Assembly: GCF_001194135.2 (NCBI RefSeq)
Contig: NC_068990.1
Span: 60,131,225 to 60,165,227, forward strand
Reading direction: 5' to 3'
DNA: 34,003 bases
From: Octopus bimaculoides
Taxonomy: Eukaryota
In this document: positions 33,225-34,003 of the stretch, piece by piece
How positions within the stretch are numbered: position 1 is the first letter of the stretch
Layout: each line of letters starts with the position of its first letter
Made by a program: the position numbers and the translations under genes
The notes under the pieces: generated by a model
What the model was told of the DNA's origin: nothing
What the model saw: only the letters and a program-made list of their open reading frames with translations
Databases searched by the model: none

Positions 33225-33357
33225 ACAAGGCTAACTTTGCCTTTCATCCTTTCATGCTCAATATAATAAGTACCAATGGAGCACCAGGGTTGATGTAATC
33301 AACATGCTCTCTTCTCTAAGATCACTGGCCTTGCGTCAAAATTTGAAACAAATATGA
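33225..33357 (+). mobile_element. SINE family F fragment
   Basis: ctttgcctttcatcctttc...ataataagtacca...ggccttgcgtcaaaatttgaaac. Confidence 0.78.
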
Positions 33358-33376
33358 TTCATACAAGAATATTTGT

Positions 33377-33632
33377 GAAGGTGTGTGGTCTAGTGGTTAG
33401 GCTGTTGCACTTATGATCGCTAGATCGTGGGTTCAGTTCCCTGACTGGACAGTGTATTGTGTTCCTTAGCAAAACACTTCATTTTACTTAGCTCCAATCT
33501 CCCTCTTGATCAGTGGAGAATGCTGGCCTGCTCACCTAGCCAGCAGGGTGGCATCATTCAATGGCTGAAACAATGCAAAAAGCGCATTGTGACCATCTGA
33601 TAACCTGGTTGGTCACGTGGTCATGTGTATGA
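33377..33632 (+). mobile_element. tRNA-derived SINE (family G): A/B-type head with a different 3' body
   Basis: tggtctagtggttagg...gggttcagttccc...agcaaaacacttcatttt, followed by a distinct body ending ggtcacgtggtcatgtg. Confidence 0.65.
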
Positions 33633-33734
33633 TGTGGTAAGAATATTTTAGCTAAGACTCGAATTCTAAAATGATTTCTTTTAATAAATGCAGGCAGTTT
33701 GGAATAGTTTAGTAACATAGCTACTGTTGTGACT

Positions 33735-33875
33735 ACATGAGTTTGCTCCCCAACCACATGGTCCTGGGTTCAGTTCCACTGTGTGAAACTTTAGGCAAGT
33801 ATCTTCTACTATAGCCCTGAGCCAACTGAAGCTCTGTGCATGGATTTAGTAGACAGAAACTGAATGAAGCCCATT
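33735..33875 (+). mobile_element. SINE C head
   Basis: tttgctccccaaccacatggtcctgggttcagttccactg...ggatttagtagacagaaactgaa. Confidence 0.82.
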
Positions 33876-33901
33876 GTGATACCAGTGCTGGTGCCGCATA
33901 A

Positions 33902-33945
<44 letters not shown>

Positions 33946-33947
<2 letters not shown>

Positions 33948-34003
33948 TCATCATCATCATCATCATCATCATCGTTTAACGTCCGCTTTCCATGCTAGCA
34001 TGG
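33946..34003 (-). mobile_element. RTE 3' tail with (GAT)n, adjacent to (TA)n 33906-33945, running off the right edge
   Basis: (cat)n cgtttaacgtccgctttccatgctagcatgg, nearly identical to the 1315-1370 and 19020-19067 ends. Confidence 0.9.

Overview
AT-rich, repeat-saturated eukaryotic scaffold sequence with two assembly gaps (17339-18238 and 18599-18734). It is not prokaryotic. The SINE/LINE repertoire looks like that of a coleoid cephalopod, probably Octopus; this is an inference from recalled repeat families, not a database match. I found no complete protein-coding gene, rRNA, true tRNA gene or CRISPR array. The content is mostly transposon debris: (1) RTE-clade LINE fragments and their detached 3' tails; (2) a near full-length dead Tc1 (DD34E) with ~215-bp TIRs; (3) two internally deleted mariner copies; (4) a degraded piggyBac transposase fossil that the ORF track misses; (5) a TTAA-flanked piggyBac-type MITE; (6) two R4/Dong-clade non-LTR fragments with a restriction-like endonuclease; (7) Penelope-like fragments; (8) many tRNA-derived SINEs, labelled A-G here as my own working names; (9) microsatellites. 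The main structural theme is nesting: the microsatellite inside one bipartite SINE family repeatedly hosts other elements. A few weak candidate exons on the + strand (2815-2865, 3515-3576, 7398-7432) may belong to a host gene. SINE boundaries are approximate unless a TSD or TIR is quoted.
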